Positions 17,860-26,874 of a stretch of DNA of 62,260 nucleotides are shown in pieces. The DNA comes from a virus (taxonomy: Duplodnaviria > Caudoviricetes): IMG/VR virus record IMGVR_UViG_3300027780_000014, positions 1 through 62,260 of that record; one strand, 5' to 3'. A program made the position numbers and the translations under genes. The notes beneath the pieces were generated by a model, which was not told the origin of the DNA, did not search any database, and was given only the letters and a program-made list of their open reading frames with translations. Within the stretch, counting starts at the first letter, position 1. Each line of letters opens with the position of its first letter.

Positions 17860-18360
17860 ATGGATAAATTATCTATGACAACTCTTCTGAATTCAATACA
17901 AGCAAAGTTTGTTTTACCTGCTATTAAAAACAGAAAACAATTTCTGCTTAATTATCTTAAAAGTATGACTGAAGAAAATTCAAAATATTTAACGTTTATA
18001 CTTCAAGAAAGTAATGGCAATCAATCTTTTATTAATACTTCTGATGATGCATGTTATTTAACTGATGAAGTTAAAACTATTTGTTTATTTGATTTACCTG
18101 ATTTTAATCAAGTAGAAATAAAAAAACATTTGCAACTTATAGATAATTTAAAAGATTCTATAAAAGAAATTCAAGTGTATTTATGTTATTTAAATAACAA
18201 GAGTGACAATGTTGTAGATATTGCGTACGCATTACCTGCTCACATTAATCAACTTGTTCCAATGGTAACACCTGAAACTTATTATATTAAAGATTTACGT
18301 GATCCAAAAACGTACGCTTTATTAAATGAGCTACAAATAAAACTATTATTATTATCATAA
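17860..18360 (+). CDS. hypothetical protein
   Basis: AGGAG SD, 166 aa. Confidence 0.75.
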   Translation: MDKLSMTTLLNSIQAKFVLPAIKNRKQFLLNYLKSMTEENSKYLTFILQESNGNQSFINTSDDACYLTDEVKTICLFDLPDFNQVEIKKHLQLIDNLKDSIKEIQVYLCYLNNKSDNVVDIAYALPAHINQLVPMVTPETYYIKDLRDPKTYALLNELQIKLLLLS

Positions 18361-18373
18361 GTGCTCCGCACTT
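18359..18373 (+). promoter_or_regulatory. GTGC-TCC-GCAC hairpin copy 3
   Basis: AAGTGC-TCC-GCACTT then TTT, intergenic. Confidence 0.75.
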
Positions 18374-18394
18374 TTTCATGAAAAGGGGAACATC

Positions 18395-18856
18395 ATGGGT
18401 TGCGACATTCATTTATTCAAAGAATACCGTTCACCTGATATACATAACAACAAATGGATAAGTTACGACCATTGGTATAGTGAAGGTACAGAGATGGGTA
18501 GAGCTTTTGACGATTCTGCACCATCTAGAAACTATGATGCTTTTGGCATGTTAGCTGAAGGTGTGCGTGGTGAATATCCATACAGTGTAGAATGCAAAGG
18601 TCTTCCTGATGATGTAACTCATCTTGTGCGTACTGAGCACAAAAGTTGGGGAGTAGATGCCCATTCTGTTACTTATTTTACAGAAGTTGAGTTAAATGCT
18701 TTAATCATTAGATTATCTATAATGACTGCAGATGATACAGTAAACAGACAGAAGGCTTATTTACACCATATGTTACAGTATATGAATCAAATACCTTTTG
18801 AATTTCACATAGAAGAAAGTACAGAAAAACGAATTGTATTTTGGTTTGATAATTAA
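18395..18856 (+). CDS. conserved phage protein (MGCDIH family)
   Basis: MGCDIH...RNY..FG.LA.GVR...KGLPDD...HS....EL...RIVFWFDN. Confidence 0.85.
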   Translation: MGCDIHLFKEYRSPDIHNNKWISYDHWYSEGTEMGRAFDDSAPSRNYDAFGMLAEGVRGEYPYSVECKGLPDDVTHLVRTEHKSWGVDAHSVTYFTEVELNALIIRLSIMTADDTVNRQKAYLHHMLQYMNQIPFEFHIEESTEKRIVFWFDN

Positions 18857-18865
18857 GGAATTAAC

Positions 18866-19069
18866 ATGGGTAAACGATTTGAAAATCCTGAAGGAATTGT
18901 CATGATGATGACTCTTAAAGGAATGCACCAAGTACATTCACATAATGTAAACGGTGTGCACATTTTTAAAACTACTGATAAACAACGTGCATTAAATCAC
19001 TTTAAAGATATGGTAATGGAAATGGAGGTTTTACATGATAGCGGAAATGTTAATGTGTCTAGCTCTTAA
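18866..19069 (+). CDS. hypothetical protein
   Basis: AAGGA SD. Confidence 0.6.
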   Translation: MGKRFENPEGIVMMMTLKGMHQVHSHNVNGVHIFKTTDKQRALNHFKDMVMEMEVLHDSGNVNVSSS

Positions 19070-19451
19070 TGGGTACCACGAAGCTAGAGGAGAACCTACA
19101 GCAGGTGAGATAGCTGTAAACCATGTTGTCATGAACCGTGTTGCTGATCACCGCTATAAAAACAATGTGTGTGATGTAGTTAAATCTGGAAAATATAGAA
19201 ATGAGCAACCTGTAAGACATGCTTGCCATTTCAGCTGGTGGTGTGACGGAAAGTCTGACGAACCTTACGATATAAAAGCTTGGTTATATTCTAACCAACT
19301 TGCTAGTTTAATAATTTCAGGCATGCATCCCGATATAACTGATGGAGCGACTCATTACCATAAAATAGGTTACTATCCAAAATGGATTAACGATATTGGT
19401 ATGATTCGTGTTGGTCTTATAGGTGATCACATCTTTTATAGATGGGAATAG
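19035..19451 (+). CDS. SleB/Hydrolase_2 cell wall hydrolase
   Basis: CLALNGYHEARGE...AV.HVVMNRV...FSW.CDG...TDGATHYH...IGDHIFY. Confidence 0.92.
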   Translation: MIAEMLMCLALNGYHEARGEPTAGEIAVNHVVMNRVADHRYKNNVCDVVKSGKYRNEQPVRHACHFSWWCDGKSDEPYDIKAWLYSNQLASLIISGMHPDITDGATHYHKIGYYPKWINDIGMIRVGLIGDHIFYRWE

Positions 19452-19488
19452 CAATATATAATATGTGCTCCAAAATTAGGAGCAATAA

Positions 19489-19599
19489 GTGAAAATAACC
19501 GAAGACGACCTTAGTATAGAGTCAGCTACGTGTTTTGTAGTGGGAGTAATACTATTAATAATACTAAAACTAATGGATTGGATAAATCTACCGCTATAG
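19489..19599 (+). CDS. small membrane protein (36 aa)
   Basis: AGGAG SD plus GTG; MKITEDDLSIESATCFVVGVILLIILKLMDWINLPL. Confidence 0.5.
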   Translation: MKITEDDLSIESATCFVVGVILLIILKLMDWINLPL

Positions 19600-19721
19600 A
19601 AATTAAGCATTTTATGGAATATATGATGCAACATTACACTTTAGTTGAAATCCAAGAAATATTAAGCAGTGATAGCTTATATAATTTTTATACGCTTATA
19701 TCTATTAAATCATACGCATGA
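19530..19721 (+). CDS. hypothetical protein (true start possibly TTG 19578)
   Basis: ORF track; fills the gap before the polymerase. Confidence 0.4.
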   Translation: MFCSGSNTINNTKTNGLDKSTAIEIKHFMEYMMQHYTLVEIQEILSSDSLYNFYTLISIKSYA

Positions 19722-19800
19722 CCGACCGCAATTGATCGCGGTTTTCCTGTAGGACTTGTCCACCTATGGTCACAACGGACTCCTAATTTCTGAGGTATCT

Positions 19801-21294
19801 ATGAAACATCTGTATACCGATCCGGATAAATTTCCGGAAGCTGCTCTATTAATAAAAGGAGTAGCATTTAAGTATTTTGATATAAAAAAACATTACGCAG
19901 ATCCATTAAACATCTGCTTAAAAGCCCTGCCATTAGAATACAATTCTCTAAATAAAGCCCCTGCTAAAATGATTAAAGAAGTTTTGCCGGCTATTCTAGC
20001 TAATCTAGATGCTGAAGGCATAACCACAGTAATTATTGCAGACACTGCTTATTTTAAAGCTGCTACACGTCAATCTAAGGCTGAGCCACATTATGGTTAC
20101 AAAATGCCTTGTACAGTAGCCGGGTACGAACACATGTGTGTGTTTTTGACTGCTAACTACCAAGGATTGTTTTATAACCCACGTATACAAGAAAAAATTG
20201 ACCTCAGCTTGTCAGCAGTTGCAACTCATTTAGATGGCAGTTACCAAAAGCCAGGTCAAAATATTATACACTCATCAACGTATGTTACAGATTTAAGTGA
20301 AATAGAAAAAACATTAAAAATGTTAAAAAAACATACTTTTCTTACTTGTGACGTAGAAACTTATGGCTTAAGCATTGATAAATCTCGCATAGCTACTATT
20401 GCATTTGCATGGAACCAGCATGAAGGTGTGTGTATAAATATTAACCATCATCTTACTCGTACATTTGAAGACGATGCTGCAATAAAAAAGATGCTTAGAG
20501 ATTACTTTATAACCTCTAATGCTACACATATATATCACAATGCTACATTTGACATACGCTGTATTATTTATGATTTTTTTATGAAAGATAGTACTGATTT
20601 TGTTGGAATGATAGATGCTTTAGATGTCATGTATAAAAAAGTGCACGACACTAAGTTAATTACGTATTTAGCTACTAACAATACTGCAGAAAATAAATTG
20701 TCACTAAAAGACAATTCAATTGAGTTTGCTGGTAACTACGCCCAGGAAGATATTAAAGATATTAATTTGATACGCACTGTAATACTTATGGAATACAATT
20801 TAACTGACTGTTTAAGTACTTGCTACTTGTTCAATAAATATTACGACAAAATGGTTGCTGATGATCAGCTAGACATTTACAACAATATTTTTATACGTTC
20901 ATTAAAAAATATTACTCAAATGGAGCTTACGGGTATGCCTATGGATATGGGTGCAATTGTAAAAGTGTCTGACGATCTTAAACAAATTATGAAAGAACGC
21001 ACAGATAGCTTAATGAATGAGGAGCTAGTCAAAGATTACTTGTGGTTAGAGCAAAAGAAAGCATTTATTATAAAAAATACTCTTCTTAAGAAGAATTTTA
21101 AACCTTTAGATGATTTTAAATCTGTTTTAAACACTAGTAGTCCTAAACAAATTGGAAACCTTTTGTATGAATTCCTGGGGTTACCTGTACTAGACACAAC
21201 TGATACAGGTAAGCCAGCAACTGGTAAAAAAGCCATAAAAAAACTGTACGATTCTTTAATAACTAAATTTAAAATAAATGAGGATGAATTATGA
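19801..21294 (+). CDS. polA: family A DNA polymerase, N-terminal part (N-domain, 3'-5' exonuclease, part of thumb)
   Basis: GAGGT SD before ATG 19801; Exo I DVETYG, Exo II HNATFD, Exo III YNLTD, MELTGM and SPKQI..LLYEFLGLP...T.TGKPATG. Confidence 0.9.
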   Translation: MKHLYTDPDKFPEAALLIKGVAFKYFDIKKHYADPLNICLKALPLEYNSLNKAPAKMIKEVLPAILANLDAEGITTVIIADTAYFKAATRQSKAEPHYGYKMPCTVAGYEHMCVFLTANYQGLFYNPRIQEKIDLSLSAVATHLDGSYQKPGQNIIHSSTYVTDLSEIEKTLKMLKKHTFLTCDVETYGLSIDKSRIATIAFAWNQHEGVCININHHLTRTFEDDAAIKKMLRDYFITSNATHIYHNATFDIRCIIYDFFMKDSTDFVGMIDALDVMYKKVHDTKLITYLATNNTAENKLSLKDNSIEFAGNYAQEDIKDINLIRTVILMEYNLTDCLSTCYLFNKYYDKMVADDQLDIYNNIFIRSLKNITQMELTGMPMDMGAIVKVSDDLKQIMKERTDSLMNEELVKDYLWLEQKKAFIIKNTLLKKNFKPLDDFKSVLNTSSPKQIGNLLYEFLGLPVLDTTDTGKPATGKKAIKKLYDSLITKFKINEDEL

Positions 21295-21701
21295 GTCAAT
21301 TCAAACTTTCTGATTTAGGTGAAAAATTTAAAACACAAATTCTAGAAGTTTCTCAAGATGTATTTGATATACATTGGGAACTTGTAGATTACAATTTAAA
21401 AACTAATGCTATATCAGGGGATCTAGTTGTTCTTATAGAATATACAGATGAAGAAGATGATTTTAATAAACTTAAAACTACTCTTCTATTATCTAATATG
21501 GATGTTAACGTAGGTAGTATAACTGCAGGTTATAAAACAGCCACACTTTGGCCCGTAACTGAAGTTAATCCATCTATTGCACGTTATATTATTCGTACTT
21601 TTATTTCTTTAGATGATTTCCCAGAGATTGCTTTAGGTAATTATATTAAAGACGCACAGGAAACTCTTACTTATGAGTGGACAAAAAAAGATCAAGACTA
21701 A
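21291..21701 (+). CDS. acidic hypothetical protein inserted between the polymerase halves
   Basis: GAGGA SD, ATGA overlap; no HNH, GIY-YIG or LAGLIDADG motif seen. Confidence 0.75.
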   Translation: MSQFKLSDLGEKFKTQILEVSQDVFDIHWELVDYNLKTNAISGDLVVLIEYTDEEDDFNKLKTTLLLSNMDVNVGSITAGYKTATLWPVTEVNPSIARYIIRTFISLDDFPEIALGNYIKDAQETLTYEWTKKDQD

Positions 21702-22788
21702 AGAAGAGGCTATCAAAGTAGCTAGAATTCTTAAGTACTTAATAGAAATAAATGAAGTCAGTAAATTATTGACTGCGTTTATTCCTGCTTTTATGTTTAA
21801 AACGATACTCAAAATGGGTAAATGGTTTTTACATGGTAATTTTCACATGGGAGGTACTAAATCAGGTCGTTTAAGCTCATCTAAAGTTAACTTACAGCAA
21901 TTACCTTCTACTGGTAGTAAGTATGCTAAAGCTATTAAAAGTTGTTTTAAAGCTCCCGATGGCTGGGTAATTGTAGGTGCCGACTTTTTTAGTCTGGAAG
22001 ACAGAATATCTGCTCTTACTACTAAAGATCCAAATAAACTAAAAGTTTACACTGATGGTTATGACGGTCACTGCATGAGGGCATTCGCTTACTTTAGTAA
22101 GCAGATGCCCGATATTGTAGACACTGTTAGTTCTATTAATTCTATTGAAACAAAGTATGAAGCGCTTAGACAAAGATCTAAAGGGCCAACATTTGCACTT
22201 ACTTATCAGGGCACTTCACATACTTTAATAAACACTTTGGGTATTCCTAAAGCAGAAGCACTAGAGATTGAAAAAAATTATCATGAGCTTTACAAAGTTT
22301 CAGATGAATGGGTTCAACAAAAGCTAATTCAGGCTTCCAAAGACGGCTATGTAACAGGCGCATTTGGTCTTCGACTAAGAACTCCACTGTTAGCTAAAAC
22401 CATCTTAAACACGCGTCATACGCCGTTTGAAGCTCAAGCAGAGGGACGAACTGCAGGTAATGCTCTAGGTCAGTCTTACGGATTGTTAAATAACAGAGCA
22501 GCTAACGAATTTATGGACAAAGTGCATGCATCTGAATACAGATATAACATTTTACCCATAGCTCACATACATGATGCGCAATACTACATGGTAAAAGCTG
22601 AACCAAAGCTAATTTGTTGGTTAAATACTAACCTAGTAGATAGCATGTCTTGGCAAGATTTACCCGAACTTGAACATGATTGTGTTAAACTAGGTGCTTC
22701 ATTAGAAATATATTATCCTGATATGAGTAATAAGATTACAATATCTAATGATTCTACTGAAGCAGAAATAATACAAGCAGTGCTTTAA
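21673..22788 (+). CDS. polA: family A DNA polymerase, C-terminal catalytic part
   Basis: T.SGRLSSS..NLQQLP, motif A ADFFSLEDRI, motif B RQRSKGPTFALTYQG, motif C IHDA. Confidence 0.93.
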   Translation: MSGQKKIKTKEEAIKVARILKYLIEINEVSKLLTAFIPAFMFKTILKMGKWFLHGNFHMGGTKSGRLSSSKVNLQQLPSTGSKYAKAIKSCFKAPDGWVIVGADFFSLEDRISALTTKDPNKLKVYTDGYDGHCMRAFAYFSKQMPDIVDTVSSINSIETKYEALRQRSKGPTFALTYQGTSHTLINTLGIPKAEALEIEKNYHELYKVSDEWVQQKLIQASKDGYVTGAFGLRLRTPLLAKTILNTRHTPFEAQAEGRTAGNALGQSYGLLNNRAANEFMDKVHASEYRYNILPIAHIHDAQYYMVKAEPKLICWLNTNLVDSMSWQDLPELEHDCVKLGASLEIYYPDMSNKITISNDSTEAEIIQAVL

Positions 22789-22799
22789 AAGTGCTACAG

Positions 22800-22945
22800 T
22801 TAGTGTGCTCTCGTTGATGAGCATACATGCAGGGTTTTCCCCTCTCTGAAGTTAAAAAATCAATAAGCCAGGGTTAGTGTTTTTCCCCATAGTGCTGTAG
22901 TCCCCGCAGCAGGTGACAGAGGGGACACTTTACTGTCCCTACTAT
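22800..22945 (+). ncRNA. candidate structured small RNA
   Basis: About 200-bp intergenic gap with several GC-rich stems and two TTTTCCCC motifs; no family recognised. Confidence 0.3.
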
Positions 22946-22960
22946 AAAACAAAATGTAAA

Positions 22961-22973
22961 TGTGCTCCGCACA
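22961..22973 (+). promoter_or_regulatory. GTGC-TCC-GCAC hairpin copy 4
   Basis: TGTGC-TCC-GCACA before the nuclease/primase operon. Confidence 0.7.
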
Positions 22974-22994
22974 ATTCTATGAAGAGAAATACAT

Positions 22995-23969
22995 ATGTTC
23001 ACAAATACATCAAATTTGCCTATTAGTGTCGCTGTATGGTTAGCACACGATGACTACGATCACTCTAGTGACCCATATCATGTAAGCGCCACTAGCCTTC
23101 TTAAACCTATTAAAAGCCTTGTATTAAGCAACCGTGTAGCTACTAACTCTGATACAGATGTAGCAGATTTAATAGCTAGTAGAATGGGTACTGCAGTACA
23201 TACTGCAATAGAGAATGCCTGGTTAAATTCTTCTCGAACAGAAACATTACACAAATTAAATTATTCACAAAAACTTGTAAATAACATAGTTATTAACCCA
23301 TCACCTAGTCAGATTACAGAAGACAGTGTGCCTATTTACATGGAGCTACGTGGCTCTACAAAAGTAGGTAAATACACTGTTTCTGGTAAGTTTGACTTTG
23401 TATCTGGCGGAGTTCTTGAAGATTTTAAAACTACTGGTACGTATGGTTACATAAACCAGTCTAATGCTGAAAAGTACATTCAACAAGGAAGTATCTACAG
23501 ATGGCTACATCCTGAAATAATTACTGAAGACTATATGTACATTCAATACATATTTACTGACTGGAGTGCTGCTAAAGCAAGACAAGATAAAAACTATCCA
23601 TCCAGTAGAATTGTGCCTCAACGGTACGTCCTTAAATCTGTACAAGATACAGAAGCATTTGTAGTATCACGCATCAATATGATTGACATGTATCAAGATG
23701 CTGCTCAATCAGAAATTCCTGACTGTACTCCTGAAGAGTTATGGGAAAGAGCTCCTGTATTTAAATATTATAAAAACCCTGAAAGTAGAGCTAGATCTAC
23801 TAAAAATTTTACAACATACCACGAAGCGCATGAACGCATGTTACAAGATGGTTCTGTAGGCGTAGTTGTAGAAATTAAGGGAGAAGTTAAATTTTGTAGT
23901 TACTGTCCTGCTGTTAGCATATGTAAACAAGCTAAAGGCTACATAGCTGCAGGTAGATTAGTAGTTTAA
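22995..23969 (+). CDS. PD-(D/E)XK Cas4-like exonuclease (N4 gp42-like)
   Basis: GTAVH, GKFD...EDFK, Q.SIY and C-terminal C...CSYC.....C. Confidence 0.85.
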   Translation: MFTNTSNLPISVAVWLAHDDYDHSSDPYHVSATSLLKPIKSLVLSNRVATNSDTDVADLIASRMGTAVHTAIENAWLNSSRTETLHKLNYSQKLVNNIVINPSPSQITEDSVPIYMELRGSTKVGKYTVSGKFDFVSGGVLEDFKTTGTYGYINQSNAEKYIQQGSIYRWLHPEIITEDYMYIQYIFTDWSAAKARQDKNYPSSRIVPQRYVLKSVQDTEAFVVSRINMIDMYQDAAQSEIPDCTPEELWERAPVFKYYKNPESRARSTKNFTTYHEAHERMLQDGSVGVVVEIKGEVKFCSYCPAVSICKQAKGYIAAGRLVV

Positions 23970-23980
23970 AAGGAAACAAT

Positions 23981-26131
23981 ATGAAAAGTTTTGAAGATAT
24001 GGACTATTTTGTCCCACAAGAAAAACTAGTTAGAACTTTAATTCAAAAAACACAAAATAATAATCCTTTATTTTTTCGTATATTAACTGTTTATTATTTT
24101 TCTAAAATAGCTTCAATGATGCGTGTCAATGTTAAGACAATGCACCAGGGAACTATACCTGTAAACACATACGCTATTAATCTTAGTGTGTCTGGCTCAG
24201 GTAAAGGTTTTAGTACTAATATTCTTGAAGAAAATGTTATTCATTTATTTAAAGAACGTTTCTTAAGTGAAACATTTCCAGCATTAGCGCTCCACAATAT
24301 ACATAAAGAAGCTATACGTAGAGCTCCAAGACGCAATATGTCTACCGATGAAATGGAAGAGAAATTAACCAAAGAATTTGAAATGCTTGGCCCATTGTTG
24401 TTTAGCTTTGATTCAGGTACTTCACCTGCTATCAAGCAAATGCGTCAAAAATTACTAATGGCAGGTATTGGCAGCATTAATTTAGAAATTGACGAAATTG
24501 GCTCTAACCTTGTTTACAATACTGATGTATTAAATTCATTCTTAGAGTTGTACGACGTAGGTAAAATTAAAGCTAAGCTAATTAAAAATACTGCAGAAAA
24601 TCTGCGTAGTGAAGAAATTGACGGTAAAACACCAACTAACATGATGCTTTATGGAACTCCCAGTAAGCTAATGAATGGTGGAAAGACTGAAGAAGAATAT
24701 CTATCTATGCTTGACACAGGTTACGCAAGACGTTGTTTGTTTGGTTACTCTACTAAAGTATTAACAGACATCAATGTTACTCCAGAAGACTTGTATGACA
24801 TGCTAACTGATAGCTCGTCAGACACTGTATTAGATGATTTAGCAATTAGTATGCACAAACTTGCAGATCCTATTAATTTTAATAGTGAGCTAGCGTTATT
24901 AAAACCTGAGTCTCTTATTCTTTTAGAGTATAAGCAACTATGTGAAAGTCGTGCTCGCAATATGCGTGAATTTGAAGAAATTCAAAAAGCAGAGATGAGC
25001 CATAGATATTTTAAAGCACTTAAACTTGCTGGAGCTTATGCATTTATTGATAGTAGCTCAACAGTGACCTCCGGCCACTTATATAGTGCATTTAAGTTAG
25101 TGGAAGACTCTGGTGATGCATTCGGAAGAATGCTTAACAGACCACGTACACACGAGCGTGTAGCTATATACTTAGCAGATGTTCGCAAAGAAGTAACCCA
25201 TGTAGATCTTATGGAAGATTTACCTTTCTTTAGAGGAGGTGCGGCTCATCGCAAAGATATAATGAGCCAAGCTATTGCATGGGGTTATCGTAATAACATA
25301 GTTATACGTACTTCCTACTCAGATAGTATTGAGTTCTTTAAGGGAGAGACAATGGACGAGTCAGATTTATCTAACTTAAGAATATCTTATTCTACAGACA
25401 TTGTTAATAATTATGAGCCTGAGTATGCACCTTGGGATCAGCTGCACCATTTAGTTAGTTCTGCTGATTATCATTACGCAGCTCATCACTTTCAAGATAA
25501 GTATCGTACTTCTGATAAAGCCATACCTGGTTTTAATCTAGTTATTCTAGATATAGATGAAGGTACTTCATTGAAGCAAGCTAAAATGCTTTTAAAAGAT
25601 TATAAAGCATTCTTTGCTACAACTAAGCGACATACAGACGAGCTTAATCGTTTTAGAATTATAATGCCTCTTACACATACTGTTAAATTAAATACTGCAC
25701 TATATTCTAAATTTATGACTAACTTGTTTGAATGGCTACCATTTGAAACTGACCGTTCGACTAAAGATATTGCACGTAAGTGGGAATCTTTTCCAGGGGA
25801 ACATTCTTACCAGGAGGGTAAGTTACTTGATGCATTAATGTTTATCCCTGATACAAATAAACAAGCAGAACAACGTCAGAAAATTATGGATCATGCTTCT
25901 CTATCTAATTTAGAAAGATGGCTGTTGCTTAACGCAGGTGTGGGTAGTAGATCTAACACACTTATTAAATATACATATGTCTTAGTAGATGGTGGTCATA
26001 CAATCGAAGGCATTCGTAATGCTGTAATAGCTTTTAACCAAAAGATGGACAATCCATTACCTCAAGAAGAGCTTGAAAAAACAATTTTAACTACGGCCAT
26101 GTCGGCTGTAACTAAACGGGATTCGGAGTAA
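23981..26131 (+). CDS. DNA primase (N4 gp43-like) with N-terminal P-loop region
   Basis: SGSGKG and LEIDE in the N-half; LDID, TTKRH, RFRII and PriCT-like G.RS..L...N.....PL..EEL in the C-half. Confidence 0.87.
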   Translation: MKSFEDMDYFVPQEKLVRTLIQKTQNNNPLFFRILTVYYFSKIASMMRVNVKTMHQGTIPVNTYAINLSVSGSGKGFSTNILEENVIHLFKERFLSETFPALALHNIHKEAIRRAPRRNMSTDEMEEKLTKEFEMLGPLLFSFDSGTSPAIKQMRQKLLMAGIGSINLEIDEIGSNLVYNTDVLNSFLELYDVGKIKAKLIKNTAENLRSEEIDGKTPTNMMLYGTPSKLMNGGKTEEEYLSMLDTGYARRCLFGYSTKVLTDINVTPEDLYDMLTDSSSDTVLDDLAISMHKLADPINFNSELALLKPESLILLEYKQLCESRARNMREFEEIQKAEMSHRYFKALKLAGAYAFIDSSSTVTSGHLYSAFKLVEDSGDAFGRMLNRPRTHERVAIYLADVRKEVTHVDLMEDLPFFRGGAAHRKDIMSQAIAWGYRNNIVIRTSYSDSIEFFKGETMDESDLSNLRISYSTDIVNNYEPEYAPWDQLHHLVSSADYHYAAHHFQDKYRTSDKAIPGFNLVILDIDEGTSLKQAKMLLKDYKAFFATTKRHTDELNRFRIIMPLTHTVKLNTALYSKFMTNLFEWLPFETDRSTKDIARKWESFPGEHSYQEGKLLDALMFIPDTNKQAEQRQKIMDHASLSNLERWLLLNAGVGSRSNTLIKYTYVLVDGGHTIEGIRNAVIAFNQKMDNPLPQEELEKTILTTAMSAVTKRDSE

Positions 26132-26135
26132 TTAC

Positions 26136-26858
26136 ATGAAATTAAACGACAACCTGGTACTTATATCAGGTAAGAGTGCCACGGGTAAATCAGCTAGTCT
26201 GATGAACATTCAAGATCCTGATGGGGTCATTTATTTAAATTGTGAAAATAATAAAAAATTACCTTTTCGGAGTAACTTTAAAGAGTTTGGCATTACAGAC
26301 CCATTACAGGTCTATGAAGCTTTTGAAGAAGCCGAAAAAATGGACGATTACCATACCATTGTTGTAGATAGTTTAACCTACATGATGGATATGTTTGAAT
26401 CATATTACGTGCTTAACTCATCTAATACGATGAAAGCATGGGGCGATTATGCCCAATTCTTCAAGAAGTTAATGAGTAAATATGTTGCTGAATCCTCTAA
26501 GAATGTGATCTTTATTGCTCACACCTCTGACATCATGAATGATGCCGAGATGGCGATGGAAACACTTGTTAAAGTGAAAGGTTCTCTCATGAACCAAGGC
26601 ATTGAGTCCTATTTCTCTACTATAGTTAGTACAAAGAAGGTAAATCTCAAGCATTTGAAAAAGTATGAGAGCGACTTACTGGAAATTACTCCAGATGAAG
26701 AAGAACTAGGCTTTAAATACGTCTTCCAAACTCGTATCACCAAAGATACAGTTAACGAGCGTATGCGAGCTCCGCTCAGTATGTGGTCTACTAACGAGAC
26801 ATTTACTGATAACAATATACAGTTGGTTATTAACCGACTTCACGAATACTATATCTAA
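26136..26858 (+). CDS. AAA_24/Sak4-like ATPase (N4 gp44-like)
   Basis: GKSATGKS, IVVDSLT, FIAH motifs; position between primase and SSB. Confidence 0.87.
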   Translation: MKLNDNLVLISGKSATGKSASLMNIQDPDGVIYLNCENNKKLPFRSNFKEFGITDPLQVYEAFEEAEKMDDYHTIVVDSLTYMMDMFESYYVLNSSNTMKAWGDYAQFFKKLMSKYVAESSKNVIFIAHTSDIMNDAEMAMETLVKVKGSLMNQGIESYFSTIVSTKKVNLKHLKKYESDLLEITPDEEELGFKYVFQTRITKDTVNERMRAPLSMWSTNETFTDNNIQLVINRLHEYYI

Positions 26859-26874
26859 TACAGGTACTAAAATT

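Noticed and set aside
19464-19484. Fifth copy of the GTGCTCCGCAC hairpin
   Set aside because: Only GTGCTCC matches; it forms a different stem (TGCTCC/GGAGCA) covering an SD. Partial matches at 5653 and 22805 also lack the second arm.
21295-21672. Group I intron or intein in the polymerase
   Set aside because: The interval is fully occupied by an ORF overlapping both halves; no intron core, homing-endonuclease motif or intein termini were seen.
22789-22960. tRNA gene
   Set aside because: No cloverleaf, T-loop GTTC motif or acceptor stem found; no tRNA was recognised anywhere in the window.
22995-23969. CRISPR-associated Cas4 or a CRISPR array
   Set aside because: This is a Cas4-like nuclease in the usual N4 replication position; no repeat-spacer array or other cas genes are visible.
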